Shown: positions 1 through 8,770, counted from the first letter of the stretch. The stretch is DNA of 64,000 bases from a virus (IMGVR_UViG_3300032030_002802:96001-160000), one strand, 5' to 3'. The notes: generated from the letters alone by a model not told the origin. Program-made: numbers and translations.

Positions 1-582
1 CGCCCCGGTGCTCGTGCCCACGGCGTTGTGGATGTGGCCGAGCGCGACGTACCCGACGTTCAGCGCGTCGAGGTACGGCTCCAGGTCGCGCAGGCTCAGG
101 GCCGTTGAGTACGCCGTCATCTCGGCGATCTCCATGTGGAGGGCGAGCACGCCGCCCTTCAGGTCCAGCTTGCGCTCCTGCATCGCCTTCAGCTTCTCGA
201 CGAGCTGCTGCGTGTGGCAGAAGTCGATTCCCGCGAACATCACGCCGTCGACGTTGACCCCGTTCGGCACGTCCTGCTCGAGCGGGATGAACCCGCATAG
301 CCGCGCCCACCGCCCGTTGGCCATGTCGTGGTTCCCGTCGATCGCCAGCACTATTATGTTGGCGTCCGCCATCTTGCGCCCGAACTCGCGGGCGGCCTGG
401 ACGGCGCTCGCCGGCGGCCGGTAGTTGTCGAACATGTCGCCGGCCACCACTACTGCGCTCACCTGCTCCCGCACCGCGATGTCCGCGATCTGGTTGAGGG
501 GCCTGAGGAAGTCCTCCTCTCGAACCCGCATGCCGTACTGCCTGTAGCCCAGGTGCCAGTCGGCCGTATGTAGGAATTTCAT
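1..582 (-). CDS. Mre11/SbcD-family DNA repair exonuclease (metallophosphoesterase), 3' end beyond the window
   Basis: Not in the ORF track. Hand translation from ATG at 582 gives MKFLHTADWHLGYRQYG...VAGDMFD...IDGNHD...YVALGHIH, the canonical phosphoesterase motifs. The frame is open to position 1. Confidence 0.92.
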   Translation of the reverse strand, partial: MKFLHTADWHLGYRQYGMRVREEDFLRPLNQIADIAVREQVSAVVVAGDMFDNYRPPASAVQAAREFGRKMADANIIVLAIDGNHDMANGRWARLCGFIPLEQDVPNGVNVDGVMFAGIDFCHTQQLVEKLKAMQERKLDLKGGVLALHMEIAEMTAYSTALSLRDLEPYLDALNVGYVALGHIHNAVGTSTGA

Positions 583-1061
583 GTTTCGTCTATTGCCTCT
601 TGTTGGGTCGTTTGTTCCAGTTCCGGCGTCGTTTCCCGCGCCTGCTGGCCGGACAGGCCTAGCTGCCCGAGCAGCGCGATGAATGCGAGCGCCCTGGGCG
701 TCGACGCGCACATCGCCTTCTCGACGGCGTCCAGCGCCTCCACCGAGTCCAGCTGCAGGTAGTACTCGCAGGCCACGCGCACGTCGAGGTCCCCGAGCGA
801 CCCGACGGCGGCGTCGTTGCGGTACGACCTGCGCGTGCGGTAGATCGTCACGGACGCGACCGGCTGGCAGTAAGGGCCGAACTCGGCGCGCAGCACCACT
901 TTCGGGTAGTCGCGGTGCCCGTCGCGGCTGAATCCGACGAACTTCTCGACCTCGAACGAGCGCCGGCCCGCGGCGCCGGCCTTCTCGATCTCGGCGACCA
1001 GCTCCGCCACCCCCGGCGTCGTCGGGGCGTATTCGGACGGTACGATGGCCAGCGCGCTCAT
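579..1061 (-). CDS. hypothetical protein (160 aa, MSALAIVPSEY...)
   Basis: C-terminal part of track ORF 579..1391. ATG at 1061 has GGAGG upstream, and the stop overlaps the nuclease start (ATGA). Confidence 0.7.
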   Translation of the reverse strand: MSALAIVPSEYAPTTPGVAELVAEIEKAGAAGRRSFEVEKFVGFSRDGHRDYPKVVLRAEFGPYCQPVASVTIYRTRRSYRNDAAVGSLGDLDVRVACEYYLQLDSVEALDAVEKAMCASTPRALAFIALLGQLGLSGQQARETTPELEQTTQQEAIDET

Positions 1062-1216
1062 CTGGCCTCCTTCGACAGTGCGCCTGTTGGCGGCTCCTTG
1101 GACGAGTTCATGAGCTCGAGCGCGTCGGCGATCCGCGTGAGCTGCGTCGCGATGTTCCGCAGCTGCGCCTGGACCACGGCCCAGAACTGCAGCTCTCCGC
1201 TGCACGGCACCCCCAT
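1058..1216 (-). CDS. small hypothetical protein (52 aa, MGVPCSGELQFWAVVQAQLRNIATQLTRIADALE...)
   Basis: Hand-translated. Fills the gap exactly, with TGATG coupling to the upstream gene, ATGA coupling to the downstream gene, and GGAGG upstream. Confidence 0.65.
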   Translation of the reverse strand: MGVPCSGELQFWAVVQAQLRNIATQLTRIADALELMNSSKEPPTGALSKEAR

Positions 1217-1599
1217 CACTGCACCTCCTGCGGCTGCGCCTCTTCCGGCTGTTCGGATGCCTCACCCTGCTCGGAGTCCTGCTCGGAGTCCTGCTCGCCC
1301 TGTTCGCCCTGTTCGCCATGCGCGTGTTTGTTCTGCACGTCCTTCCTGGCCGCTTCCTCCTCTTCGGCCCTGCGCTTCTCATCGGCCTCACAGGCGAGTC
1401 GCAGCACGGCGTCGTACAGCGCGGGGACCATGTTCTCCGCTATTATGCGGATCAGCCCCTCGGTCTGCGTGAGGAAGTCCTGCTTCGCCACTCCGGCGTC
1501 CGAGCCGTATACGGACGCGTCGAGGGTGACCTTCCCGGTCGTCGACTTCGAGATCTTCCCGTCGTCGCTCGTCACTGTTGCTTGGATTGACAGTTCCAT
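1216..1599 (-). CDS. hypothetical protein with acidic EQGEQDS-repeat tail
   Basis: Track ORF of 127 aa, GGAGAGG RBS, tightly packed in the operon. Confidence 0.75.
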   Translation of the reverse strand: MELSIQATVTSDDGKISKSTTGKVTLDASVYGSDAGVAKQDFLTQTEGLIRIIAENMVPALYDAVLRLACEADEKRRAEEEEAARKDVQNKHAHGEQGEQGEQDSEQDSEQGEASEQPEEAQPQEVQ

Positions 1600-1610
1600 G
1601 TTTCCTCTCC

Positions 1611-2282
1611 TTATGCTGGCAGCCCTTCCACGTTCCAGTCGCAGCCGGCCCCGTCCCCGAGGTCCGCCGACCAGTCGTCCCTGTCCAGCCTGGCGTCCGG
1701 GTGCTTGGCCGCGTAGGCCTCCATGTCGGCCTCAAGCGCGGAGATGGCGCGGGTGCGGCTCCCGTAGACGCCCATCACGCGGGCCTTCCCGTCGCAGGTG
1801 TCCCCCCGGTCGACGTAGGTCACGATCCAGCGCCGGGCCGCGTCGTGCTGGTCCGGGCCGACCGTCATGAGGTGCACGCCCCACGCGTCGGCCGTTTCCG
1901 GCGGCAGCGGCTCGAACTCGCGGCCCATCTTGGCCACCACGGCCGGCGGCACGTAGTGGATGTTGCCGTAGTCGCCGTGGCACTCCACGACCGTCACGTC
2001 GTAGCCAAGCCCCTTCCCGGTCTCGACGTAGCGTCGGACCTGCTCCAGCCTTGCGTTAGTCGCGGTGACGGCCACGCACTGTATGTCGAGCACGCTCATC
2101 GCGTACCCCAGCAGCCAGTCTGTCTTCTGGTAGACTTCGTCGTTCTTCGACGAGTCGAAGACGTATTTCCTGTCAGCGTCGTAGCGGAACATGTCCGGCT
2201 CGACGACCAGCGCGGCCAGCTTGTTGGCAAGCGTAGACTTGCCGCTCCCGGGGAGGCCCCGGAAGACGTATAGTTTCTTCAT
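1611..2282 (-). CDS. P-loop nucleotide/polynucleotide kinase-like protein (AAA_33-like)
   Basis: N-terminal hhhhRGLPGSGKST Walker A, followed by HYVPPAVVAKM, typical of the N4BP2/PNK-like kinases; extra C-terminal domain. Confidence 0.8.
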   Translation of the reverse strand: MKKLYVFRGLPGSGKSTLANKLAALVVEPDMFRYDADRKYVFDSSKNDEVYQKTDWLLGYAMSVLDIQCVAVTATNARLEQVRRYVETGKGLGYDVTVVECHGDYGNIHYVPPAVVAKMGREFEPLPPETADAWGVHLMTVGPDQHDAARRWIVTYVDRGDTCDGKARVMGVYGSRTRAISALEADMEAYAAKHPDARLDRDDWSADLGDGAGCDWNVEGLPA

Positions 2283-2300
2283 CTATTGTCCTTTCTACCG

Positions 2301-2489
2301 TCAGACGTACGGCGCCCAGTCCTTGAGGGTCTGGGACGTCCGGCGCGTCGACAGCGTTGTTTTGAGCCCGTAGCGGGGGACGTACGTCATGGCGTACAGC
2401 CTTGCAGGCTTGTGCTCGCCGCGGCGCAGGCGTCCCCAGCCACCGAGCTCCCTGACACGCATGAACAACCTGGGTGACTTGCTTCTCAT
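2301..2489 (-). CDS. small basic hypothetical protein (62 aa)
   Basis: ATG at 2489 overlaps the stop of a short upstream ORF (2486..2581). Fills the gap before the kinase. Confidence 0.35.
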   Translation of the reverse strand: MRSKSPRLFMRVRELGGWGRLRRGEHKPARLYAMTYVPRYGLKTTLSTRRTSQTLKDWAPYV

Positions 2490-2589
2490 AGGCTTATCGC
2501 GGGCCGGACGCGGACGACGCGGCCGGACGGGGCCACCGCCTCGACCGTGTCTTCCAGCTCCAGATCCGCTATCCGTTCCATGTGATTTG

Positions 2590-2598
2590 TGGTATAAT
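2590..2598 (+). promoter_or_regulatory. extended -10 promoter element (TGGTATAAT) upstream of terminase
   Basis: Exact TGnTATAAT about 60 bp before ATG 2659; no clear -35. Confidence 0.55.
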
Positions 2599-2658
2599 AG
2601 TTTTCCGTGGGCCCCGACCTGGTGCCCTCCGACTCGAATAATTGTACCAAAGATCGCC

Positions 2659-4485
2659 ATGACTGAGAAGCCTGTTCCAGCAACAATCCAGCCACCGGAT
2701 TTCTCCGGGGGTCATACGCCGTCAGTATCATCGCGAGGAGTTTCTCCATCGTTCTCTTCCGATGATCTCGCCTGTATTGGTGACTACCTATCTTCCGAGA
2801 TAGGCAAAAAGGAGTGCAAGGCGATCCGGCGCGGGGACCTGCTCCCGTACCTGTTCAAGCTGCGCGGCGAGCCGATGTCCCTGAAGGACCACATCCAGTT
2901 CCACGCGATGTACGCCAACGAGTACGTGGCCGACACCATCTTCATGTGCGGCCGGCAAGTCGGGAAAAGCCTTAACCTCTCCCGCATAGAGACCCTGGAC
3001 GGCCTGTCGCAGCCGGAGCTCCAGATCCTGTACGTGGCCCCGCTCCAGTCGCAGGCGTACAGGTACTCGAACCTGTACCTCACAGAGGCGATCAAGTCGT
3101 GCGAGCTCGCCCGCATAAACCAGATGAAGGCGCTCGAGGGGGTGTGGTCGAACTCGAAGATCCTCACGTCGATAGGCCACCAGACGTTCGCGAACGGCTC
3201 GGGCATACAGCTGACGTACGCCAAGACCTCCCCGGACCGCGCCCGCGGCATCTACGCCGACGTGATCGACTTCGACGAGGTGCAGGACCAGCTCACCGAC
3301 AACATCCCGATCATCTCGCAGTCCACGAAGGCCTCCAAGTGGGGCATACGCCGGTTCACCGGCACGGCCAAGACGTCCGACAACACGATCGAGGCCCTCT
3401 GGCAGAACTCGTCGAAGTGCGAATGGGCGATGAAGTGCCCGCACTGCAACTCGTGGAACATCCCCACGATGGAATACCGCGTCCTGGACATGATCCAGGC
3501 CGACGGGATGCACTGCGTCGAGTGCGGCGGCAAGCTGGACGTCCGGCGCGGCGAGTGGGTGCCCGAGGAGAAGACGCGCATGCGCACGTTCCGTGGCTAC
3601 CACATCCCGCAGGTCATACTGCCGTTCCACGCCGAGAACATGGACAACTGGGGCAAGATCATCCGCGACGTGATGTCGCTGCCGATACCGGTGATCCTGC
3701 AGGAGATCCTCGGGATAAGCTGCTCCCAGGGCCAGCGTATCATCGACCAGCGCATCATCGACCGCCAGTCCGTGCTCCCGGACGTGCATACGCTGCAGGG
3801 CGAGCTGCACCGCTACCTGTTCACGGTTGGCGGCCTCGACTGGGGCGGCGCCGAGCAGGTGTCGTTCACGGTCCACACCGTCCTCGGCGTGTGCCCGGAC
3901 GGCACGCTCGATGTCATATGGGCCAAGCGCTACCAGGGATTCGACCCCGACGAGATGCTCTCGGACATCGCGAAGGTGCACGCCTTCTACGGCTGCAGGG
4001 CGCTCGCGGCCGACTACGGCATGGGCTTCGACAAGAACGTCATGCTGGAGACCCGGTTCGGGCTCCCGGTCATCCAGATCCAGCTCTGCCGCCAGAACTC
4101 GCTCCTGAACTACAGCCCGGCGCTCGGGCACCCGCGCTGGATGGTCGACAAGACCACCGCGCTGGACCTCATGTTCATGGGAATCAAGTACGGGCGGATG
4201 CGTTTCCCGCCGAAAGAGCTGTTCGAGAGCTTCACGCGCGACCTCCTGTCGCCCTATGAAGAGGTGGTCGACACCGGCGAGTTCGCCCACAGGCGCTTCG
4301 TCCGCGACCCGTCGCGCCCCGACGACTTCGCCATGGCCCTCTGCTTCGGCACGATGCTCGCCATGAAGCTCCAGCACTCCGGAATCACGGACATCATACC
4401 GCGGAACGCCATGCCGGTGAAGCCTGGACGTCCCGAGTTCACGATCCTGGACCCGACGGAGATCGTGAAGGCCCTAAGTGGCTGA
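2659..4485 (+). CDS. terL: terminase large subunit, lambda GpA-like
   Basis: Walker A-like CGRQVGKS, Walker B IDFDEVQD, FTGT coupling motif, CPHC/CVEC Zn ribbon, nuclease motifs GGLDWGG and PDDFAMA. Start moved from 2389 to the ATG downstream of the promoter. Confidence 0.9.
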   Translation: MTEKPVPATIQPPDFSGGHTPSVSSRGVSPSFSSDDLACIGDYLSSEIGKKECKAIRRGDLLPYLFKLRGEPMSLKDHIQFHAMYANEYVADTIFMCGRQVGKSLNLSRIETLDGLSQPELQILYVAPLQSQAYRYSNLYLTEAIKSCELARINQMKALEGVWSNSKILTSIGHQTFANGSGIQLTYAKTSPDRARGIYADVIDFDEVQDQLTDNIPIISQSTKASKWGIRRFTGTAKTSDNTIEALWQNSSKCEWAMKCPHCNSWNIPTMEYRVLDMIQADGMHCVECGGKLDVRRGEWVPEEKTRMRTFRGYHIPQVILPFHAENMDNWGKIIRDVMSLPIPVILQEILGISCSQGQRIIDQRIIDRQSVLPDVHTLQGELHRYLFTVGGLDWGGAEQVSFTVHTVLGVCPDGTLDVIWAKRYQGFDPDEMLSDIAKVHAFYGCRALAADYGMGFDKNVMLETRFGLPVIQIQLCRQNSLLNYSPALGHPRWMVDKTTALDLMFMGIKYGRMRFPPKELFESFTRDLLSPYEEVVDTGEFAHRRFVRDPSRPDDFAMALCFGTMLAMKLQHSGITDIIPRNAMPVKPGRPEFTILDPTEIVKALSG

Positions 4486-4689
4486 CGGATAGGCCGGCTG
4501 TTCGCCCTCGAAAGGCATCTCCAGCACCACCTCGTTCTCGCAGCCGAACGGTTCCGCCTGCAGCGAGATGGACTCGAGCCGCCCGTTCTTCCCGAACCCG
4601 ACGCCGAGGACGACTTCGATGTCCCCGCCCTCGCCCGGATTCCTGTTTTTTATGTCCTGCAGTGCGCCTAGGCACTCGTCTATGGTCAT
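4474..4689 (-). CDS. hypothetical protein (71 aa, MTIDECLGALQDIK...)
   Basis: ATG at 4689 with AGGAGG RBS; convergent with terL. Confidence 0.65.
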   Translation of the reverse strand: MTIDECLGALQDIKNRNPGEGGDIEVVLGVGFGKNGRLESISLQAEPFGCENEVVLEMPFEGEQPAYPSAT

Positions 4690-4753
4690 TTCAGCCCTCC
4701 TTTTCGGCTGTATGCTAAGGAAAAGTTCACGAACCAGCGGAAACCGGTTGCCG

Positions 4754-4797
4754 GATCGCCACACCACAAGTACCTGCGTACCCGTAGTGTGGCGATC
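4754..4797 (-). other. 20-bp RNA stem-loop in intergenic leader
   Basis: Minus strand reads GATCGCCACACTACGGGTAC-GCAG-GTACTTGTGGTGTGGCGATC, which pairs fully when G-U pairs are allowed. Confidence 0.6.
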
Positions 4798-4847
4798 TTT
4801 GCGCCTCTACATGCCCTTTCGGACACGTAATTGCGCTCCAACGACGT

Positions 4848-5174
4848 TTATAACGCCGTTTTTGGCTCTTTTTCAGCCATTTCGACGTGCTGACGCCTGT
4901 CTGGTTCGTCCGAGTCGAGCCGAATCTTCGCAATTTCGGCCCGAACCCGCCAGAGCTCGACGAGGTGCGGCGCCGACCTGGTTATACGCCAGAATCTGGC
5001 GTTCTCCGCCGGTGGCAGATCGTCGATCGCCACCATCATTCGGCGACATTCGATTACCGTCTTCCGGTCGATGAACGCTTTTGGCGTCATCAGCACGACG
5101 CCAACGGCGAATCCGGCGATCAGCCCGGCAATCAGGCCAGTGCAGGCGAGCCAGATTTTGTCCTTCTTTTCCAT
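4848..5174 (-). CDS. small membrane protein (single N-terminal TM helix)
   Basis: MEKKDKIWLACTGLIAGLIAGFAVGVVLM; AAGGAG RBS; lower-GC segment. Confidence 0.7.
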   Translation of the reverse strand: MEKKDKIWLACTGLIAGLIAGFAVGVVLMTPKAFIDRKTVIECRRMMVAIDDLPPAENARFWRITRSAPHLVELWRVRAEIAKIRLDSDEPDRRQHVEMAEKEPKTAL

Positions 5175-5220
5175 TGTTTGCTCCTTTTTTGGCTGTTTTG
5201 GTGGAAATTTCACCGCGGAC

Positions 5221-5294
5221 ACGCCTTTTTTGCGCATCCGCGGCCGGTAATTCATCCCGTTATTCATTATAACGGCAAAAAAGGCGTTTTTCAC
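5221..5294 (-). promoter_or_regulatory. sigma70-like promoter (GTGAAA-17-TATAAT) overlapped by nested inverted repeats
   Basis: -10 at 5271..5266 and -35 at 5294..5289. Perfect 13-bp IR at 5221-5233/5275-5287 and 7-bp IR at 5257-5263/5269-5275. Confidence 0.55.
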
Positions 5295-5298
5295 CGCC

Positions 5299-6912
5299 CT
5301 ATGGGAGCTTCGAGGGCACGCTGATGGCCCTGAACGTGCGGTTCGTGAGGGGTGTTATGCTGTTGATTATCGCATTGACCTTGTTGCGGAGCGTCGCAAT
5401 ATCGCTGTCTTTGTGGACTTTCCACGTGTCCGTCGCGCTGTCCCACGCCTGCAGTGCGAGTATTGCGTCGTGAAACCCGTCCGCACGCCCCTCGAGGTCG
5501 GAAATGTCCCCTTGCATGCCGCTTATGTCTCTGCGAATCGCGGTATCCGCGCTGGTGAGGTCGCGCAGGCTCACCTCATGCTCCGCGTGGCGGGCTTCGA
5601 GGAGGGTAATGCGGTTCGTGGCGCCGTCGATCCTGCCGGAGAGGTTCGATTCGCGTGCAAGCGCGGCCTCGTTGGCCCGCGCCACGGCCGTGCCGATCAC
5701 GTCGTTCGTAGTCGCCCCGAGCCGCTCGTCCACGACGTCGCCGGCCTGTGCACGGGCTACCCCCGGAACGCTGTCCCGCAGTTCGCCAAGGCCGTTCGCG
5801 AACTCCCCGCGCAGCGTATCGCGGAGCGTCGTGTCCGCCGTCGCGTAGCCGGTACGCACCCCGGCCACCGACGCGGTGAGCGTCGCCACGTCGCCCGTGT
5901 GCCGCGTGTCGAGGTTTCCCAGCGCGGTCTCCAGTCCGGAGACGCTTGCCATGACGAGGCGCAGCTGCGTGTCCCAGTTCGAGTCCACGGCGTTGATGTC
6001 CTCGGACAACCCCGCCACGGCCCGCGCGAAGTTGTTGGAGAGCGCGTTGTCGGCCGTGGTCCTGGCCGTGCGTTCGGCGTCCACGAGGCCGACTATGTCT
6101 GCGTCGGCCGTCTCGAGGGCCGCCATTGCGGCGTATACCGCGTTCGTCGCGTCCGCAACGTCGGACAGGTGCGCGATCGTGTTCGTGGCCGCGCCGTCCA
6201 CGACCACGCCCCGTGCCCCGGACATGACGATCTTGCGGCCGCCGTCGCCAACGAGGGCCGTCGCCTCGGGCGCCGTCGGGTAGCCGGCGTACCGGTCGAC
6301 GTGGGTGAGCGTGGACGCGCCGATGCGGGACGCCATGTCCATGCGCGTCACGGTGGCGGCGGACGCGGACCCGGCGAGGGCGTCTATGGCCGTCGCGTAG
6401 AGGCGGATGTTCACGCGTCCGCCGTTGACGGTGAGCGTGCCGACCCGCAGCCCGTGCAGGTCGAGCGTCGTGTCAGCCGACGAACCGGCGGCCGTGACCG
6501 TAAGGCTGGTGATCCGGACCTGCCAGCCCGTGCCGAAAAGCGTCAGGATGCGCCCCGACGCGACCGTGCCGGTGCCGGAGTAGCTGCCGGGGGCCATCAG
6601 GAGCGCCGAGTCGGCGGCCATGTGCCCCAGCGCGTGCGCCAGCGTGCTGAACGGGTACTGCGGGGACCCGTTCCCCTGCGTCGGCGCCCCGGCCGCGGCG
6701 TAGTACAGCCTCGCGATGGGCTGCGAGGCCCAGTCCGCGACAGGCGGGAGGAGCGTGGCGGACAGCAGGCCGTTCGTGCCGGTGCGCGGGAGCATCCGGG
6801 CGTATCTCGGGCTGCCGCCGGTCTCCGTGACGCCGTCGGCGTCGATCCTGTCCAGGCCTGCATGGGCCGCCATTGCGGCCAGCAATGCCGCTATCGTCAT
6901 GAGTTTGTGCAT
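5299..6912 (-). CDS. exported protein: Sec signal peptide, beta-helix-like head, long coiled coil
   Basis: MHKLMTIAALLAAMAAHA|G signal. GNGSPQYPFSTLAHAL...MAPGSY resembles the start of pectin-lyase/DUF1565 beta-helices. Heptad-rich C-terminal half. Confidence 0.75.
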   Translation of the reverse strand: MHKLMTIAALLAAMAAHAGLDRIDADGVTETGGSPRYARMLPRTGTNGLLSATLLPPVADWASQPIARLYYAAAGAPTQGNGSPQYPFSTLAHALGHMAADSALLMAPGSYSGTGTVASGRILTLFGTGWQVRITSLTVTAAGSSADTTLDLHGLRVGTLTVNGGRVNIRLYATAIDALAGSASAATVTRMDMASRIGASTLTHVDRYAGYPTAPEATALVGDGGRKIVMSGARGVVVDGAATNTIAHLSDVADATNAVYAAMAALETADADIVGLVDAERTARTTADNALSNNFARAVAGLSEDINAVDSNWDTQLRLVMASVSGLETALGNLDTRHTGDVATLTASVAGVRTGYATADTTLRDTLRGEFANGLGELRDSVPGVARAQAGDVVDERLGATTNDVIGTAVARANEAALARESNLSGRIDGATNRITLLEARHAEHEVSLRDLTSADTAIRRDISGMQGDISDLEGRADGFHDAILALQAWDSATDTWKVHKDSDIATLRNKVNAIINSITPLTNRTFRAISVPSKLP

Positions 6913-6913
6913 G

Positions 6914-7297
6914 TCAGTCCTCCGTAACCGCCACGATGTCGCCAGGCACTATGCCGTGCGACCTGATGAACCCGAGAGGGGTCTCCACGGCGTGCGCCGC
7001 CTTCGTCGCGTTCTCACACGACGGCGAGTAGTGGAACACCCCGCTCCTGTCGACCGGCATCTCCAGGGTTTCGAGCACCTCGCCCTCCTTCGACAGGAAC
7101 GTGAGGTCGAGCGGGAAGTTAACGTCCTTCATCCAGAACGCCCCCGCGCGGTCGAAGAACATCCCCCGGCCGTCGGCGAGCGACGCCCGCTTCGACAGGC
7201 CTCGCGCCCTCGTCTCGTCCGTGTCGGCGATCTCCAGGACCGCCGACGCCTTCACGGCGCCGTCCGCGCCGGTGAACACGACTTTCACCTCGTCCAT
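6914..7297 (-). CDS. DUF192 family protein
   Basis: EIADTDETRARGL...GMFF...FWMKDVNFPLDLTFL...AVETPLGF...GIVPGD matches the DUF192 pattern. GGAGG 8 nt upstream of ATG 7297. Confidence 0.85.
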   Translation of the reverse strand: MDEVKVVFTGADGAVKASAVLEIADTDETRARGLSKRASLADGRGMFFDRAGAFWMKDVNFPLDLTFLSKEGEVLETLEMPVDRSGVFHYSPSCENATKAAHAVETPLGFIRSHGIVPGDIVAVTED

Positions 7298-7311
7298 TGC
7301 CATTGCCTCCG

Positions 7312-7605
7312 TTACATTATGCAGTCCCGCTCGATGCGCTCGTACTGGAGCGCGTCGTAGTGTTTCCTGAACTCGCGCCACGGGACGTAGTTGTGCCGCC
7401 CGCCGGAGTCGTCCACCACGCCGGTCCAGTCGTACCGGACGCCGTCGATCTCGACGACGAAGTGCCCGTCGGTCGTGTCGTACATGATACGCCCCCACGG
7501 GAACCTGTCGTGCAGGATCAGCGCGAAGTAGTAGCAGTTCCCGGTCAGCCAGTTGCAGTCTGCCGGGAACCGCCGTCGTATGAACCCTATCACCTGTTCG
7601 TCCAT
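7312..7605 (-). CDS. hypothetical protein with possible Cys-His-Asp (papain/transglutaminase-like) motifs
   Basis: GNCYYFA...GHFVV...YDWTG. Confidence 0.6.
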   Translation of the reverse strand: MDEQVIGFIRRRFPADCNWLTGNCYYFALILHDRFPWGRIMYDTTDGHFVVEIDGVRYDWTGVVDDSGGRHNYVPWREFRKHYDALQYERIERDCIM

Positions 7606-7736
7606 GAAAGTAAGGCGGCTTTCGGGGCTCCGCGCGCCGGGCCTTCTCGGCCCGGGGCCGCCGTGCGCGTCAATCAGGTATTTGCGAAGCTGTCTCCAGC
7701 CGCGCTCAGGTAATCACCCGCCCCGGAGTTAATCGG

Positions 7737-8366
7737 TTACTTGGTCACGGGTTCGCTGCAGGCCCCGCCGGGGCCGCAGGCGCCGGTGGTGCATCCGCCG
7801 CCGAACGAGCACTGGCCGTCCTTGCAGTCGACCGTGGTCTTCGTGCCGTCCTTCTTCTCGACCTCCACCGTGCCGGTGAGCTTGCCGGTTATCATCTTGA
7901 GAACCGCCTGCGCCCCCTCGTCGGTGAGCTGGCCGAGGACGTCCTTCGACGCGTCGGTCATGTTCTTGACCGCGTCGTTGTAGTGGACGTCGATGTCCGG
8001 TTTGACGTCGGTGGTCGGCGTCTGGGTCGTGGTCTGGGTAGTCGTCTCGGTGCCGTTGTTCTCGAGGCCGAGGGCCTGTGTGAACAGCTCGATCGCCGGC
8101 ATGTCGGTCGTGCCCTCCGCGACCACAACGCGGTTCGACACCGAGGTCTTCGGGGCTACGACGATGATGCAGTCCTCGAACTTGTTTTCCATGATGTTGG
8201 CCCGGGCGGGCTGGGTGCTGTCGGACGTGGCGCACCCCGTGACGAGCGTCGCGAGGCAGAGCGCCGCCGCGATAACGGCGAGCCTACCCTTGCACTTGCG
8301 TGCGACCTTCTTCTTGGCCTTGGCCGCCTTTGCGGCGACCTTCTTCTTGGCTGTAGTGATTTTCAT
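7737..8366 (-). CDS. lipoprotein (possible spanin or lysis accessory)
   Basis: Lys-rich n-region, hydrophobic h-region LAVIAAALCLATLV, lipobox VTG|C, Cys/Gly-rich C-terminus. Start at ATG 8366. Confidence 0.7.
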   Translation of the reverse strand: MKITTAKKKVAAKAAKAKKKVARKCKGRLAVIAAALCLATLVTGCATSDSTQPARANIMENKFEDCIIVVAPKTSVSNRVVVAEGTTDMPAIELFTQALGLENNGTETTTQTTTQTPTTDVKPDIDVHYNDAVKNMTDASKDVLGQLTDEGAQAVLKMITGKLTGTVEVEKKDGTKTTVDCKDGQCSFGGGCTTGACGPGGACSEPVTK

Positions 8367-8425
8367 CTTTTTTCCTTTTGCTGTTTTCCCTGTTTCCGGG
8401 CCCGGCACGCGCCTGGCCCGACATC

Positions 8426-8770
8426 TTAGAGGCCCGCGGCCTGGGCTAGTGCCGACACCTCGTCCTCGACGGATACGGCGGACTGCGCTGTCGCCCCGGG
8501 CTTTGCCCGCTGCATCTCGGCGCGCTGCATGGCCGCCGCGCACATCGCCCTGAACACCTCGACCTTGGCCGCGTGCTGCGTGCCCACGAACTTGAAGGCC
8601 GAGAGGAGCGCCATGAGCGCGCCGATTATGTTCGGCACGTACTGCCCCACGTCCTTCGCCTGGTCCGGCGTGATTATGCCGAACGCCAGGAGCAGGCCGG
8701 CCACGCTCGTCACGAGCGTGGTCCAGAACTCCGGTTTCGCGGCTACCGCTGTCGTTTTGCTCTTCTTCAT
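8426..8770 (-). CDS. holin-like membrane protein (2 TM)
   Basis: Basic N-terminus, then EFWTTLVTSVAGLLLAFGII and YVPNIIGALMALLSAF helices; located near a lysozyme and a lipoprotein. Confidence 0.6.
   Translation of the reverse strand: MKKSKTTAVAAKPEFWTTLVTSVAGLLLAFGIITPDQAKDVGQYVPNIIGALMALLSAFKFVGTQHAAKVEVFRAMCAAAMQRAEMQRAKPGATAQSAVSVEDEVSALAQAAGL

Noticed and set aside
2389-2658. N-terminal extension of terminase in the track ORF
   Set aside because: Low-complexity sequence that overlaps minus-strand ORFs and lies upstream of the -10 element; ATG 2659 is preferred.
7612-7662. GC-rich hairpin (ccgggcc/ggcccgg) as a terminator or ncRNA
   Set aside because: A plausible stem, but with no adjacent U-tract, and easily produced by chance at this GC level.
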